This document shows positions 1 to 10,466 of a stretch of 64,000 nucleotides of DNA, in pieces. The position numbers and the translations under genes are program-made. The notes beneath the pieces are model-generated. The model had not been told where the DNA came from. It did not search any database and saw only the letters and a list, made by a program, of their open reading frames with translations. Within the stretch, counting starts at the first letter, position 1. Every line of letters begins with the position of its first letter. The stretch is from Dehalococcoidia bacterium. GTDB lineage: Bacteria; Chloroflexota; Dehalococcoidia; Bin125. The DNA is taken from the NCBI GenBank assembly GCA_963662615.2, contig CAXXSR010000001.1, positions 64,001 to 128,000 of the forward strand, given 5' to 3'.

Positions 1-489
1 TCTGCCCGCACCCGCGCCCTTGCCAGCTTCAAGGCCGGCCACATGCAGGCATTGATCGCCACGGATCTCGCATCGCGCGGACTCGACATCAGCGGCCTGC
101 CGCAGGTGGTCAACTTTGAACTGCCGTTCGTCCCGGAGGATTACGTGCATCGCGTCGGCCGGACCGGCCGCGCGGGCGCGGGCGGTGCGGCGGTTTCCCT
201 GGTGTGTGCAAGCGAACACCAACAGCTACGTGCGATCGAACGGCTGCTCGGACGGAAGTTACCCGCGGAGACCATCGTTGGATTCGAGCCCGACCCTACA
301 ATTTTCCACGAGCCGATCAGGCAAGGGCAAGGCCGGCGGTCGCGACCCGACCGCCGCAGCCAGCCAGCGTCGCCTCGGCCAGGCGGCCGGTCGGAAAGCA
401 ACGGCGGCCGCGCCGGCGCCCGGCGCCGCCGGCGGCCAAGCAGTGGATCGGGTGCGCGCGCCGACAGTGCGCCGGCACGTCGGGGATGA
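1..489 (+). CDS. DEAD-box RNA helicase (RhlE-like), 3' part; runs off the window
   Basis: Motifs [11 protein letters not shown] and [12 protein letters not shown], followed by an Arg/Gly-rich tail. Confidence 0.93.
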   Translation, partial: SARTRALASFKAGHMQALIATDLASRGLDISGLPQVVNFELPFVPEDYVHRVGRTGRAGAGGAAVSLVCASEHQQLRAIERLLGRKLPAETIVGFEPDPTIFHEPIRQGQGRRSRPDRRSQPASPRPGGRSESNGGRAGARRRRRPSSGSGARADSAPARRG

Positions 490-657
490 CACCAAGCGGA
501 CCTGCGTCGTGGGAGCACAAAAACACATCCGTTCTGAACTCGGCTCCGATCGACGTCGCCATCATCGAGATCAGAGCGGATGGATTCTTCGGGCGCCACC
601 GGTCCCTCGCTACGCGTGCGGCGGATGCGCTAGACTCTGGACACGACTGAATAGGTT

Positions 658-775
658 TGGGCCGAATCCCTCCGCGGAGGGTACGGGGGACCCACCACTT
701 GGGGTGAATAGGGCGCCCGCCCTTAGGCAACTCCTTCTTGCCGAACCCGACAGCTAACCCCGTAGGCGACTGAGG
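658..775 (+). ncRNA. cyclic di-AMP (ydaO/yuaA) riboswitch
   Basis: Ordered consensus blocks GCCGAATCC...GGTACGGGGGACCC...GGGGTGAAT...TAGG...CCGAACCCGACAGCTAACCCCGTAGGCG. Confidence 0.88.
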
Positions 776-960
776 GAACGTTTCTACTCAGAAGCCGGCC
801 GTGTCCAGCGGATCGGCTCTTGGTTCGCCGACCCGCTACACGGTCGATTCGAGAACCCGCAGTCCGTCAGTCCAAGTAGATGATGTGAGTCCCCGCTCTC
901 CCCAAGAGAGCGGCGCTCAGACAGGACAGGGCTTCTCGCTCGCCCTGTCCGCCTCCTGAC

Positions 961-996
961 CAGCGCCCGGGCATCGTACGCCCGGGCGCTGCGTTT
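961..996 (+). terminator. GC-rich hairpin, possible intrinsic terminator
   Basis: 12-bp stem CAGCGCCCGGGC/GCCCGGGCGCTG followed by a short T run. Confidence 0.5.
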
Positions 997-1121
997 AATC
1001 AGGATTTCGGGCTGGCCGGCCGCCGTGATCGGCGCCGGTCGGGGCCCAACTGGTCCCGCTCCTTGCGAAGTCCGATTCTGCGCGGACGTTCTGGCAGGTT
1101 GTGAGGTCGCCCCGTGAGTCG

Positions 1122-1803
1122 GACTCTATGTCGGACAGACCTGTCCGACATAGAGTTCAATGCACCACCGAAGGGTGGCTTGCCGACTTCCATCACGGCC
1201 CAGCACTGCTGTCCGAGATAGGGCGGACGTCCGCGGTCCGGCACTGACTCGGATACGGCCAACTCTATTTCGTACAGGACTGTTCGACATCGAGTCCGAC
1301 ACGCCGTTTAATACCGTACTGACTTGCACCGAGTCGAGAACAGTAGTGTCCGACATAGAGTTCGATACGCGATCGCTCCATTGCTGCATTGGACGGGTCG
1401 ACACGCCAGCATGTGTGAATGGGTACGCATCGGGGGTCCGGGGGTCTCGGAGTCGGGGGGCGCATCGACGCACGTGGGTTAGCCCTGACGGGGCGCAAGG
1501 ACGGCGACGGCTAGCTGCCGCGGAGTTGGGCCCGGAGGTCTTCTGGATCCCAGGCACCGACGTTTCGCAGGCGGTCCGTTCAATCTGTCTCTGCACCATC
1601 CGGTCGCGCGCACACTCCGTTTCTACATCGGATAGATGTACCCGAACGGAGAATCGAACTGTGCATCGCAGGGAATTCTGGCCTTCTGCTTGGGAAGCAG
1701 ATCGTGACACGAAGATGACGTTAGCGGCGACGGAGACACCATCTGAACAATCCGGGTCGGATGCTGGATTGAACTTCGTACAGACCCGTCCGACATAGAA
1801 TTC
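1122..1803. repeat. Cluster of 34-36 bp palindromic repeats (about 6 copies)
   Basis: Perfect ACTCTATGTCGGACAG-AC-CTGTCCGACATAGAGT at 1123-1156; degenerate copies near 1209, 1262, 1331, 1621 and 1771. Confidence 0.9.
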
Positions 1804-1843
1804 AAGAGAGTGTTGGGGAATGTGAGTTCAAGCAAGGTTGTCA

Positions 1844-2851
1844 TCAAACGCCAGGTCGCCGGAGTCGATGGCACTCGGTCACAATCTCGTCATCATTACC
1901 GCGGAACTTAAACGAGGATTCCATCCGGCCCACACCATCGTCGGCCGGCGACCAGCGTGGCCATACATCTGGCGCGGGATGGTCAGTCAGCCGGATCTGC
2001 CCGGAGCCGTCCGCGTTCATGCTGTAGATCTCGCGATTTCCGCCAGCACGCTCAGAAGAGAAGGCGATCCGTGTGCCGTCCGGTGACCAGTCCGGGAAGA
2101 AGTCGTCGGCAAAGGAGCTCTCGGTGAGCCGAGCCCGTCCGGAGGTGTCGGCGTTCATGACGTAGATGTCGAAGTGCTCCAGAGCCGACGAGAAACTCGA
2201 GAAGGTGATGCGGGTGCCGTCGGGCGACCAGGCGGGAAACGCTCCGGGGACGAGCTGGGCTGCCCCCGAACCGCCAGCGTTCATGACATATATGGTGGCG
2301 TCTACCGGTACGAATCGGCCGCCGGACATGTAGGCAATCTGGTCGCCGTCCGGTGACCAAGCGGGGGCGGCGACAACAGCGGCGTCATTGGTGAGGCGGA
2401 TCACCCCCGAGCCATCGGCGTTCATGACGTAAATGTCGTAGGTCCCGTCGCGGTCTGAAGCGAAGGCGATGCGCTCGCCGTCGGGGGACCAGGCAGGAGT
2501 GCGGTCCGAGGCGAGGTCATTAGTAAGGCGATTCACCGCCGAGCCATCGGCGTTCATCACGTAGATCTCGAAGTTCCCATCGCGGTTCGTCATGAAGGCG
2601 ATGCGCTTTCCGTTGGGCGACCAAGCAGGCGCGCCGTCTACGGTACAATTGTCGGTGAGGCGGGTCACCGCCGAGCCATTAGCGTTCATGACGTAGATCT
2701 CGTTATTTCCGTGGCGGGAAGAGACGAAGGCGATCTGTCCTTGCAGATCACTGACCGGTCGTTCCCCCGGGTCAGCCCGGCCATCACCACTGCCGGAACA
2801 AGCGGCGACAATCGCCAGCGCGAGTAACGCGACGAGCCCGATCTGCAACAC
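1844..2851 (-). CDS. TolB-like PD40 beta-propeller lipoprotein
   Basis: Lipobox VAAC; repeated EIYVMNADGS...PAWSPDG blades. Confidence 0.9.
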   Translation of the reverse strand: MLQIGLVALLALAIVAACSGSGDGRADPGERPVSDLQGQIAFVSSRHGNNEIYVMNANGSAVTRLTDNCTVDGAPAWSPNGKRIAFMTNRDGNFEIYVMNADGSAVNRLTNDLASDRTPAWSPDGERIAFASDRDGTYDIYVMNADGSGVIRLTNDAAVVAAPAWSPDGDQIAYMSGGRFVPVDATIYVMNAGGSGAAQLVPGAFPAWSPDGTRITFSSFSSALEHFDIYVMNADTSGRARLTESSFADDFFPDWSPDGTRIAFSSERAGGNREIYSMNADGSGQIRLTDHPAPDVWPRWSPADDGVGRMESSFKFRGNDDEIVTECHRLRRPGV

Positions 2852-3172
2852 GATCGAACTCTAGCAAACAGCTCCGCTGCCATGAGAACTGGCCCGCTAG
2901 GGCGGTCCGCTTGAGCGCCGTCCGCTTGTCGCCCTCCGCTTGGATGCCATTCTTGCGAGCCAAGACGCGTCGGCTCACCGTGATGAGGGAGGTGAGCGGT
3001 GCTCTGCTTCCAGGGGTGAGGGACGGCAACGCAGCCGAGAATGTCAGTAGACTGTACCCCCTCGCGGGTGGGGCGGACAGGGGAAGGCAGCCTCTGCCCT
3101 TGGCGCAGCCGACTCCAACCCCGCGCCGATGGGCGCGCGCATGAAGAATTGTTGGAGAATGGACCGCCCGGC

Positions 3173-4087
3173 ATGAATGCCAAAGGGCTCGGCCGCGCGT
3201 TCGTGGCCTTCACCGGGGTGGCTGTCATCACGTCCGCGTGCGGCGGGGAGATGGAGAGCAGTACCCTTGCGGGCGAGGTCCCTGCGCAGCGCGACGCCGT
3301 GATCGTCTTCGAGTCCACCCGTGACCGGAACGCTGAGATCTACGTCATGGACGCCGACGGATCAGGAGTGACCAATCTGACCAATCACCCAGCGTCAGAC
3401 GTTACACCTGCTTGTTCACCCGACGGAAAACAAATCGCCTGGGCAACCGACCGCGAGGGCAAATTCCAGATCTACGTCATGGATGCCGACGGATCAGGAG
3501 TGACCAACGTCACGCGGAGTTCTGCGGCGGAGTTCGGTCCCGCCTGGTCCCCCGACGGCGAGCGCATCGCCTTCGTGTCGGACCGCGACGGCAACCCCGA
3601 GATCTACGTCGTCGACGCCGACGGCTCGATGCTGACTCGCCTCACCGACAATTCCACCCAAGACTTCGTGCCAACGTGGGCGCCCGACGGAAGCTGCATC
3701 GCTTTCTCAACACCACCAGACCACCAAAACGCTGTATACGTGGTCAACGCTGATGGCTCAGGGTCGGTCCGCATGGGGCCTGGAGGCTTTCCCGCGTGGT
3801 CTCCCGACGGCAGGCGTATTGCGTTCACCGGCTTCCTTTTCGGCGCGCTCACCAATGGAATTCACCTGATGCGTCCCGACGGCTCCGAACGCACCCGACT
3901 GACGGAGATCGGAAGCCTTGGCCCCGTAGCCTGGTCCCCAGACGGCAGCCGCATCCTGTTCTCCTCCGTACAGATCGGTGTCGGGGCTTTCGATATCTAT
4001 ATCATGGAGCCCGATGGCTCGGAACTGATCAGGCTCACCCGTCATCCCGCCAGCGATGACGTTCCCTGCTGGATCCCGATCCCCTAG
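3173..4087 (+). CDS. TolB-like PD40 beta-propeller lipoprotein
   Basis: Lipobox TSAC; repeated IYVMDADGS/PAWSPDG blades. Confidence 0.9.
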   Translation: MNAKGLGRAFVAFTGVAVITSACGGEMESSTLAGEVPAQRDAVIVFESTRDRNAEIYVMDADGSGVTNLTNHPASDVTPACSPDGKQIAWATDREGKFQIYVMDADGSGVTNVTRSSAAEFGPAWSPDGERIAFVSDRDGNPEIYVVDADGSMLTRLTDNSTQDFVPTWAPDGSCIAFSTPPDHQNAVYVVNADGSGSVRMGPGGFPAWSPDGRRIAFTGFLFGALTNGIHLMRPDGSERTRLTEIGSLGPVAWSPDGSRILFSSVQIGVGAFDIYIMEPDGSELIRLTRHPASDDVPCWIPIP

Positions 4088-4140
4088 GGGACTACCAGTT
4101 CTGTTCGCTTCTGATGCATCCGGCACGCGCTTTCAAGTCT

Positions 4141-4497
4141 ACTTCTACTTCGGTCAGGTCTGTCCGGTTCTGTCAGATTTCCGGGTGCCGGGGCGACCTG
4201 GGCGAGGCGCTCCCCCGGCCCCGCATGGTACTAGGGAATTCGTCGCAATGTGGCTACGGAGACTCGTGGAGCAACTTCGCAAGAAAACCTCTAGAAGTGG
4301 ACGACGGTCCCGCGACACACCGGCGACCTTGAATTGAGCTCTATGTCGGACTGATCTGTCCGACTCCGGATGGCATGTCCGATCCGCATCATCGGATGCG
4401 TGTCTCCGTCCCAGCCGCCGCCGACACTTCCCCGACGGGCTCGGTCGCTCGCTCCTAGAAGTGAACTCTCGTTCGGACAGGACTGTTCGACATAGAG
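4141..4497. repeat. Palindromic repeat copies (3)
   Basis: Copies at about 4141, 4338 and 4463-4497 (GAACTCTCGTTCGGACAG-GA-CTGTTCGACATAGAG). Confidence 0.8.
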
Positions 4498-4794
4498 ACC
4501 GTCTTTCCAATTCCCTGTGGGCGAGGCCGAGATGCCAACGGCACAGCCCTGGCTTCGGCCGAGCAGTACGTCCGTCTCCCGCCGGCGCTGGATCGGTATG
4601 AGGCGCTGCGGTTGACAACCCCTGCAGGAACGGCCAGCATCCGTTCGCATATCTCTTGCAGGGATGCCCGTGACTTTATCAGTGGCTGCTAGGGCCCATG
4701 GCATCGTGCGGTATCAACTTGAGCGACGACATGTGCAAGCCCATTCGCCTGTTGTTAAGCACCGGCCACGTCATTGCAGCGAAAGGAACAACCA

Positions 4795-6537
4795 ATGGCT
4801 GACTTTGACATTCTGATCAAGGGCGGCACCGTCGTCGACGGGACCCGCGTGCCGAAGTACCGCGCTGATGTGGGGATCAAGGACGGACGTATCGCCCAGA
4901 TCGGGGGCATCCGCGGCAGGGACGCTGACAAGGTCCTGGACGCGAGCGGGCTGATCGTCGCGCCGGGCTTCGTGGACCTCCATACGCACTACGACGCGCA
5001 GATCCAGTGGGACCCGTACTGCACGATCTCCGGCTGGCACGGGGTGACCTCAGTGGCCCTGGGGAACTGCGGCTTCGGCTTCGCCCCCGTGCGGCCGGAG
5101 CTGCGCGAGCGCGCCATGCTGATGATGTCGCGCAACGAGGCGATTCCGCTCAAGTCCATGCAGGCGGGGATGCTCTGGGACTGGGTCACCTTCCCGGACT
5201 GGCTGAATACGCTGGCTCGCATCCCCAAGGGCGTCAACTGCATCAGCTACTTCCCGCTCTCCCCCCTCATGATCTGGGTCATGGGCATGGAGGCGGCCAA
5301 GAGCCGGCCCGCCACCGATGAGGAGCGCCGCGAAATGCAGCGGCTGCTGGGCGAGGGCATGGACGCCGGCGCCTGCGGCTACTCCGTTCAGCGGCTGGGC
5401 CCACGATCGCTCCAGGCGGACTACGACGGCACGCCCATGCCGACGGACACCATGGCGGACGAGGACGTGTTGGCCTTTGCGGAGGTGCTGCGCGAGCGCG
5501 ACGAAGGGCTGGTTCAGATCCAGCAGTCCTCCACCGGCGATGCTTTTGGGGCGGGCAGCGACGACAACCCCGACTGGCGCTTCGTTGAGAAGCTCGCGGC
5601 GACGGCTCAGCGGCCGATCCTCTACAACCTGGTGGCGGCCTTCGACGAAATGCCGGAGTTTCACCGCCTGAGTATGAAGTGGCTGGCGGAGGCCAACGCA
5701 CGGGGCCTGCCCGTCTTCGGTCAAGGCGCGAGCCTTCGGACGTGGATGAACTTCACGCTGGAAGACTGGAACCTCTACGACTCCAGCCCGGCCTGGAACA
5801 AGGCGACCCAGGGCACACCGGCCGAACGGGCCCAGAAGCTTTCGGACCGGGCGACTCGCGAGCAGATGAAGGCCGAGGAGAATATTCTGACGACCCAGGG
5901 GCTTGGCGGCCCGATTGACGGCCTGACGGTTCAAAGCGTTGGCGAGCACGCCGAGCTGAGGAAGTATGAGGGGCGCACTCTGGGGGCGATCGCGCAGGAG
6001 GAGGGCAAGCACCACATTGACGTGATGCTCGACATCGCCGTGGCGAGCGAGTTGAAGACGGTTTTCCTGACTCCGGACATGACGAGCAGCGACCCGGACA
6101 AAGTCTCCGAGCTGATGCTCTCCCCCTATGTGGTGCCCGGGATCTCGGACGGGGGCGCCCACACAAAATTCTTCGCCGGAGGCTCGTACACGACAGACTT
6201 CCTCAGTTGGCTGGTCCGCGATACCGGCAAGATCACGCTGGAGGAGGCGCACTACCACCTCAGCACCCTGCCGGCGCATGCGGGGGGATTCAAAGACCGC
6301 GGCACCCTGCGCGAGGGCGCCGCCGCCGATGTGGTGGTCTACGACTTGGAAGGCTTGAAGCGGGTGCCCGAGCGCGACCATGAAGTCGCCTACGATTACC
6401 CGGCGAATGAGTGGCGGCGCATACAACGAGCAGAGGGCTACCGCTGGATCCTGGTCAACGGCGAGGTCACGTTTGAGGACGGTGAGTGCACCGGCGCCAC
6501 GCCCGGCAAGTTGCTCCGGCATGGCAGGGGGGACTAA
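4795..6537 (+). CDS. N-acyl-D-amino-acid deacylase family amidohydrolase
   Basis: PGFVDLHTHYDAQ, GNCGFG, SDGGAH and ADVVVYD motifs. Confidence 0.92.
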   Translation: MADFDILIKGGTVVDGTRVPKYRADVGIKDGRIAQIGGIRGRDADKVLDASGLIVAPGFVDLHTHYDAQIQWDPYCTISGWHGVTSVALGNCGFGFAPVRPELRERAMLMMSRNEAIPLKSMQAGMLWDWVTFPDWLNTLARIPKGVNCISYFPLSPLMIWVMGMEAAKSRPATDEERREMQRLLGEGMDAGACGYSVQRLGPRSLQADYDGTPMPTDTMADEDVLAFAEVLRERDEGLVQIQQSSTGDAFGAGSDDNPDWRFVEKLAATAQRPILYNLVAAFDEMPEFHRLSMKWLAEANARGLPVFGQGASLRTWMNFTLEDWNLYDSSPAWNKATQGTPAERAQKLSDRATREQMKAEENILTTQGLGGPIDGLTVQSVGEHAELRKYEGRTLGAIAQEEGKHHIDVMLDIAVASELKTVFLTPDMTSSDPDKVSELMLSPYVVPGISDGGAHTKFFAGGSYTTDFLSWLVRDTGKITLEEAHYHLSTLPAHAGGFKDRGTLREGAAADVVVYDLEGLKRVPERDHEVAYDYPANEWRRIQRAEGYRWILVNGEVTFEDGECTGATPGKLLRHGRGD

Positions 6538-6885
6538 GCCCGTCGCGCAGACTTTCGATTGCGTGAAGCGCGGCGAACCGCCGAATGGGACTGTTTGCCG
6601 GGTCTTTGAGCGACGCACCACACGTCCCTCGCACGATCGACTTCTGGTGTGTCGCACCCGGTTGAGCACAGGACTCGTCGAGATCCCGATCGCTGGAGTA
6701 ACCGCTTCCCGCCGTCCTTGAGACGACGGGGCGCGTGCGTGCGCTTCGGCGTTCTGCGCCGCAAGAAATTGGGATTGAAGGCCATACGGGTAGATGTATC
6801 GCAGAGACAGTCCGGTTTCAGGCGCCGCTCGGCCTTTCGGGAAGCGGCTACGGACGCCCAGTTCGCGGCCGGCTCAGTGTCGCGA

Positions 6886-7767
6886 ATGATTGATCGATCC
6901 TCAGGCACGCTCGGTGGCCATCGCCACAATGCACGGTGGTGGGCAGCCGCGATCGTCGCGGCAACTCTAGTGATCGGCGCCTGCGGTGACGACGATGACA
7001 GCGTGGCAGAACCAGTTCCAGATCCAGTCGTCAGTCCTACCCCTGAGCCAGCGGCGCCAACCGTACCCGCCGCTGAGGTCCCGCCTGAGGCCGTGGTGGA
7101 GCCGCCGGCACAGACGACCGAGCTTGTAGACGTGGCTCCGCTTCCCCAACTTGATGAGGTGAGGTACATCGTCGCGGCAGGCGACACACTTGGAGGAATC
7201 GCCGCGGTGTTTGGGACGACCGTAGACACGCTTGCGGAGCTGAACGAGATCGAGAATCCGCATGCCATCGCCGTTGGCCAGATCATCCGCATCCCGTTGC
7301 CGCCGCGCAGCCCCCTGTTGCCGGATGCGACGCAGCGAAGTCGTCTGCAAGGCGTCGACCTCGTCGAGGTGATCGACGGGGACTCGATCGTGACGCGCTT
7401 TCGGGACGGCAGTATTCATGGCGTGCGGTACATCGCGATCGACGCCCCCGAATTGCGGGAGCCATTCGGTGCGGACGCGTCTGCTCAGAACGCGGAGCTG
7501 CTTGACGGCGCCGTCTTCCTGGAAGAGGACGTCGACGATCGCGATCGCTTGGGGCGCCTCCTCCGGCACGTCTGGGTTGAAGACGAGACAGGTGCGCTAC
7601 TACTCATCAATGCGGCCCTCGTCTCACTGGGCTTCGCGCAAGTGAGCACGCTCCCGCCGGAGGGGAAGTACGCGGATCTCTACAAGGCCGCGCAAGAGGC
7701 GGCTGAGGCGGCCAGAGCCGGAATGTGGGGCGGCGGTCCACCATTGGAGGGCCGGGACACTTCCTGA
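6886..7767 (+). CDS. Lipoprotein with LysM and thermonuclease (SNase) domains
   Basis: IGAC lipobox, Pro-rich linker, YIVAAGDTLGGIA..NEIENPHAIAVGQ (LysM), VIDGDS..VRYIAIDAPE..DRLGRLL (SNase). Confidence 0.85.
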   Translation: MIDRSSGTLGGHRHNARWWAAAIVAATLVIGACGDDDDSVAEPVPDPVVSPTPEPAAPTVPAAEVPPEAVVEPPAQTTELVDVAPLPQLDEVRYIVAAGDTLGGIAAVFGTTVDTLAELNEIENPHAIAVGQIIRIPLPPRSPLLPDATQRSRLQGVDLVEVIDGDSIVTRFRDGSIHGVRYIAIDAPELREPFGADASAQNAELLDGAVFLEEDVDDRDRLGRLLRHVWVEDETGALLLINAALVSLGFAQVSTLPPEGKYADLYKAAQEAAEAARAGMWGGGPPLEGRDTS

Positions 7768-7850
7768 ACACCAGAAGAACTGTTGTCCAGCCCGCGGCCG
7801 GCGAGAGTCGGTCGCCCGACCGCGGGCCAGCCAGCGGAATCTAGGCAATA

Positions 7851-8066
7851 CGTCCCGACGGATCCGACCGTACCCGCCTGACCCGAAACGGAAGCCTTGG
7901 CCCCGTATCCTGGTCACCAGAGAGCAGCCTCCTCCTGTTCTCCGCCCTGCAGCTCGGCATCGGGGCTCTTGACGTCTACCGAATGAACGCCGACGGCTGC
8001 GAGCTGGTGCGGCGCACGCTCCACCCAGCTAGCGACGACCTCCCTTGCTGGTTGCCGCTCTCGTAG
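7851..8066 (+). pseudogene. 3' remnant of a third TolB-like paralogue
   Basis: Codon-colinear with 3872-4087 (RPDGSDRTRLT...SDDLPCWLPLS*); no 5' part. Confidence 0.85.
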
Positions 8067-8229
8067 CGTCTCCGACTCTCAAAGCCCACCGCCGCTGCTG
8101 GGCCGTGGCCCCTGGCATCCGGGACGATATAATGCCCGCGCTGCGCGGCTGGATAGAGTTCGCGCTGTGAAATCCGGACCGATCCCGGCGAAGACCTCGA
8201 CGGGCAACGAATGAAGAAGGAATGGGGAC

Positions 8230-8607
8230 ATGGCACTGTCAGCGGAAGACAAGATCGAGATTCTCGAACTCATCGCACGCTACAACCACACTATCGACGC
8301 TGGTGACACCGGGGGTTGGGCAGCCACGTTCACGGAGAACGGGATTTTTGAAGCGCCGGATACGACCGCCCAAGGACCGGAGGAGCTGAAGCGGTTCGTG
8401 GCCAAGATACCACCGGGCGGGCGGCACTGGGTGAACAACGTCATGATCGATGGCAGCGGCGACTCGGCAACAGCGTCCTGCTACCTGCACGTTCTCAACG
8501 TCAAGGAGGGTGGTAAGACCATCGTGACCGGTCTCTACAACGACACACTGGAGAGGGTTGGTGGCGCCTGGAAGATCGCCCATCGCAAGGTGACGCTCGA
8601 CGGCTAG
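8230..8607 (+). CDS. NTF2/SnoaL-like protein
   Basis: IARYNHTIDAGD..FTENG..Y.DTLERVGGAWKI pattern. Confidence 0.88.
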   Translation: MALSAEDKIEILELIARYNHTIDAGDTGGWAATFTENGIFEAPDTTAQGPEELKRFVAKIPPGGRHWVNNVMIDGSGDSATASCYLHVLNVKEGGKTIVTGLYNDTLERVGGAWKIAHRKVTLDG

Positions 8608-8996
8608 GCCTTCAGCCCTCGCGCTGGAGAGCCTACCAGGCATCCGCTCACGCCTCTGCTTTGCCCCAGAAGTTCGTTCTGAAGGATTGTCATCGCGAAC
8701 GGGGCGTGCCGGAAGTTGATCCGAATCATCGCGGGCGAACTCTGCCGATCGTTTCGGCGGAGGGAGGAGACGTCTGGTAAATCGGAGCCACATAGCTCGT
8801 TACTGGGATCGTGCCTGCAGAGCGCTGACCGCCCGGGGCGGACACGAGCGCAGGTGCGAACGGCCGCGTCCGCCGCGATGCCTTGGGGACAAGAGCACGC
8901 TTCGCTAAGTCCCGCTCGCAGCTGCGCCCGGCCGCACAGCGACGCCGGCGGCGACGGGCCGAATGGAACGAGAGTCCTGCGACCGAAGGGGGTCCC

Positions 8997-10061
8997 ATGC
9001 CAACGATTGCGCCGGACGCGCTCACCGATCTCACAACCAACATTTTCACCGCGTTAGACGTGCCGGAGGCCGACGCGCGAGAGGTCGCCCAGCACCTCGT
9101 GGGCGCCAACTTGGCCGGGCACGATTCCCACGGCGTCATCCGCGTCCCCAGCTACGTGCGGCGGGTGAAAGAGGGCATGATTCAGCCCGGGGCCGAGATC
9201 ACCATTGAGCGAGAGACGGCGAATACTGCGGCGGTGATCGGACATCACAACTTCGGCCAGGTGACCGCGCGGAGGGTGACGGAGCTGGCTATCGCCAAAG
9301 CGAAGGCAGCAGATGTCGCGATGGTCACCGCGTATGAGTGCACTCACGTGGGGCGAGTGGGCGCATACCCGGAGCTGATCGCAGCGACCGGATTGCTGGG
9401 GATGGCGGCGGTGAACAACAGTGGGGGCGGGCGGATGACGGCGGCGTACGGCGGCGTCGATGCGCGTACGTCGCCGAACCCGATCAGCATGGCGGTTCCC
9501 ACTGGGCGGCGCGACCTGCCGTTCCTCGTCGATATGACGGCGAGCGTCGTCCCGGAGGGCAAGCTCCTCGTGAAGCGGAACCAGGGGTCCCCGCTTCCTG
9601 ACGGCTGGGCGACCCGGGCGGACGGGACGCCGGCGCGGACGGCTGAGGATTTTTTCGGCCCGCCCCGGGGCGCAATCCTCCCATTGGGCGGGATTGTGGC
9701 GCACAAGGGCTTTGCCCTGTCGCTGATGGTAGAGGCGCTTGCCGGAGCACTCTCCGGCGCGGGATGCTCCAACCCTCACGGTGGCGAGTTCCGGGACAAT
9801 GCGCTCTGGGTGATGGCGGTGAACATCGAAGCATTTACGCCCCTGGAGGAGTTCCAGCGGAGTGTCGGTGGCTTGATGGACTACGTGAAGAGTCCACCCT
9901 ACGCGCCCGGCTTCGCGGAGATCCTGGTGCCGGGCGAGCCCGAACATCGTTCGGCACTGAAGCGCCGCCGCGAGGGCATCCCACTAGACGATGAAACGTG
10001 GCAACAGCTTACGGACGTTGCCAAGGAGTTCGGCGCGCCCGGTTGGACCGTGACGGACTAG
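8997..10061 (+). CDS. Ldh_2 family (malate/L-lactate/sulfolactate) dehydrogenase
   Basis: GHDSHGV, HVGRVG, NPISMA, HKGFAL and PGEPE motifs. Confidence 0.9.
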   Translation: MPTIAPDALTDLTTNIFTALDVPEADAREVAQHLVGANLAGHDSHGVIRVPSYVRRVKEGMIQPGAEITIERETANTAAVIGHHNFGQVTARRVTELAIAKAKAADVAMVTAYECTHVGRVGAYPELIAATGLLGMAAVNNSGGGRMTAAYGGVDARTSPNPISMAVPTGRRDLPFLVDMTASVVPEGKLLVKRNQGSPLPDGWATRADGTPARTAEDFFGPPRGAILPLGGIVAHKGFALSLMVEALAGALSGAGCSNPHGGEFRDNALWVMAVNIEAFTPLEEFQRSVGGLMDYVKSPPYAPGFAEILVPGEPEHRSALKRRREGIPLDDETWQQLTDVAKEFGAPGWTVTD

Positions 10062-10230
10062 AGGAGTACTCGCGGCCCGCGTGGTGGGAGAGCCCGCCCT
10101 TGCCCGACTCCCTCAGGGGGCCCTCAGGGAAGATAAGGCCGGGCGTGCCGGAATCCGCTGCTCCGCCCTTTGGGCGCTCAGCAATAGAGCGGCCTTCTCC
10201 TCGCCGTAGGCTTCGCGTCAGTTCCGGCCA

Positions 10231-10466
10231 GCGGAGGAATCATCCGTGCCTGAGTGAAGGGAGGCCCTCAGGGGGCATCCGCGGGTGCGGCGAGCAGAGG
10301 CGCATGATAGCTGTCTCTGCTTGCTCCACGGCCACCCCTGGGCTGCTGGCGACGTCCCGGTGACCGTTCTGCATTGGAGCTGCAACAGAAATCTTGTCGC
10401 GTTCCGGGACTGGTGCTGTGGCGAAGGGCTGTTCGGCCAGGTGGCGCGCTTGTCAAGTGCGGGGCG
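10231..10466. repeat. ~235-bp segment duplicated at 58224-58459
   Basis: Colinear, diverged direct repeat starting GCGGAGGAATCA.CCGTGCCTGAGTGAAGGGAGGCCC. Confidence 0.85.

Noticed and set aside
1122-1362. True CRISPR array
   Set aside because: Repeats are too degenerate, dispersed over the whole window and irregularly spaced elsewhere; no cas genes
3872-8066. Diversity-generating retroelement TR/VR pair (3872-4087 versus 7851-8066)
   Set aside because: Differences are not adenine-specific, many are synonymous third-position changes, and no reverse transcriptase is present
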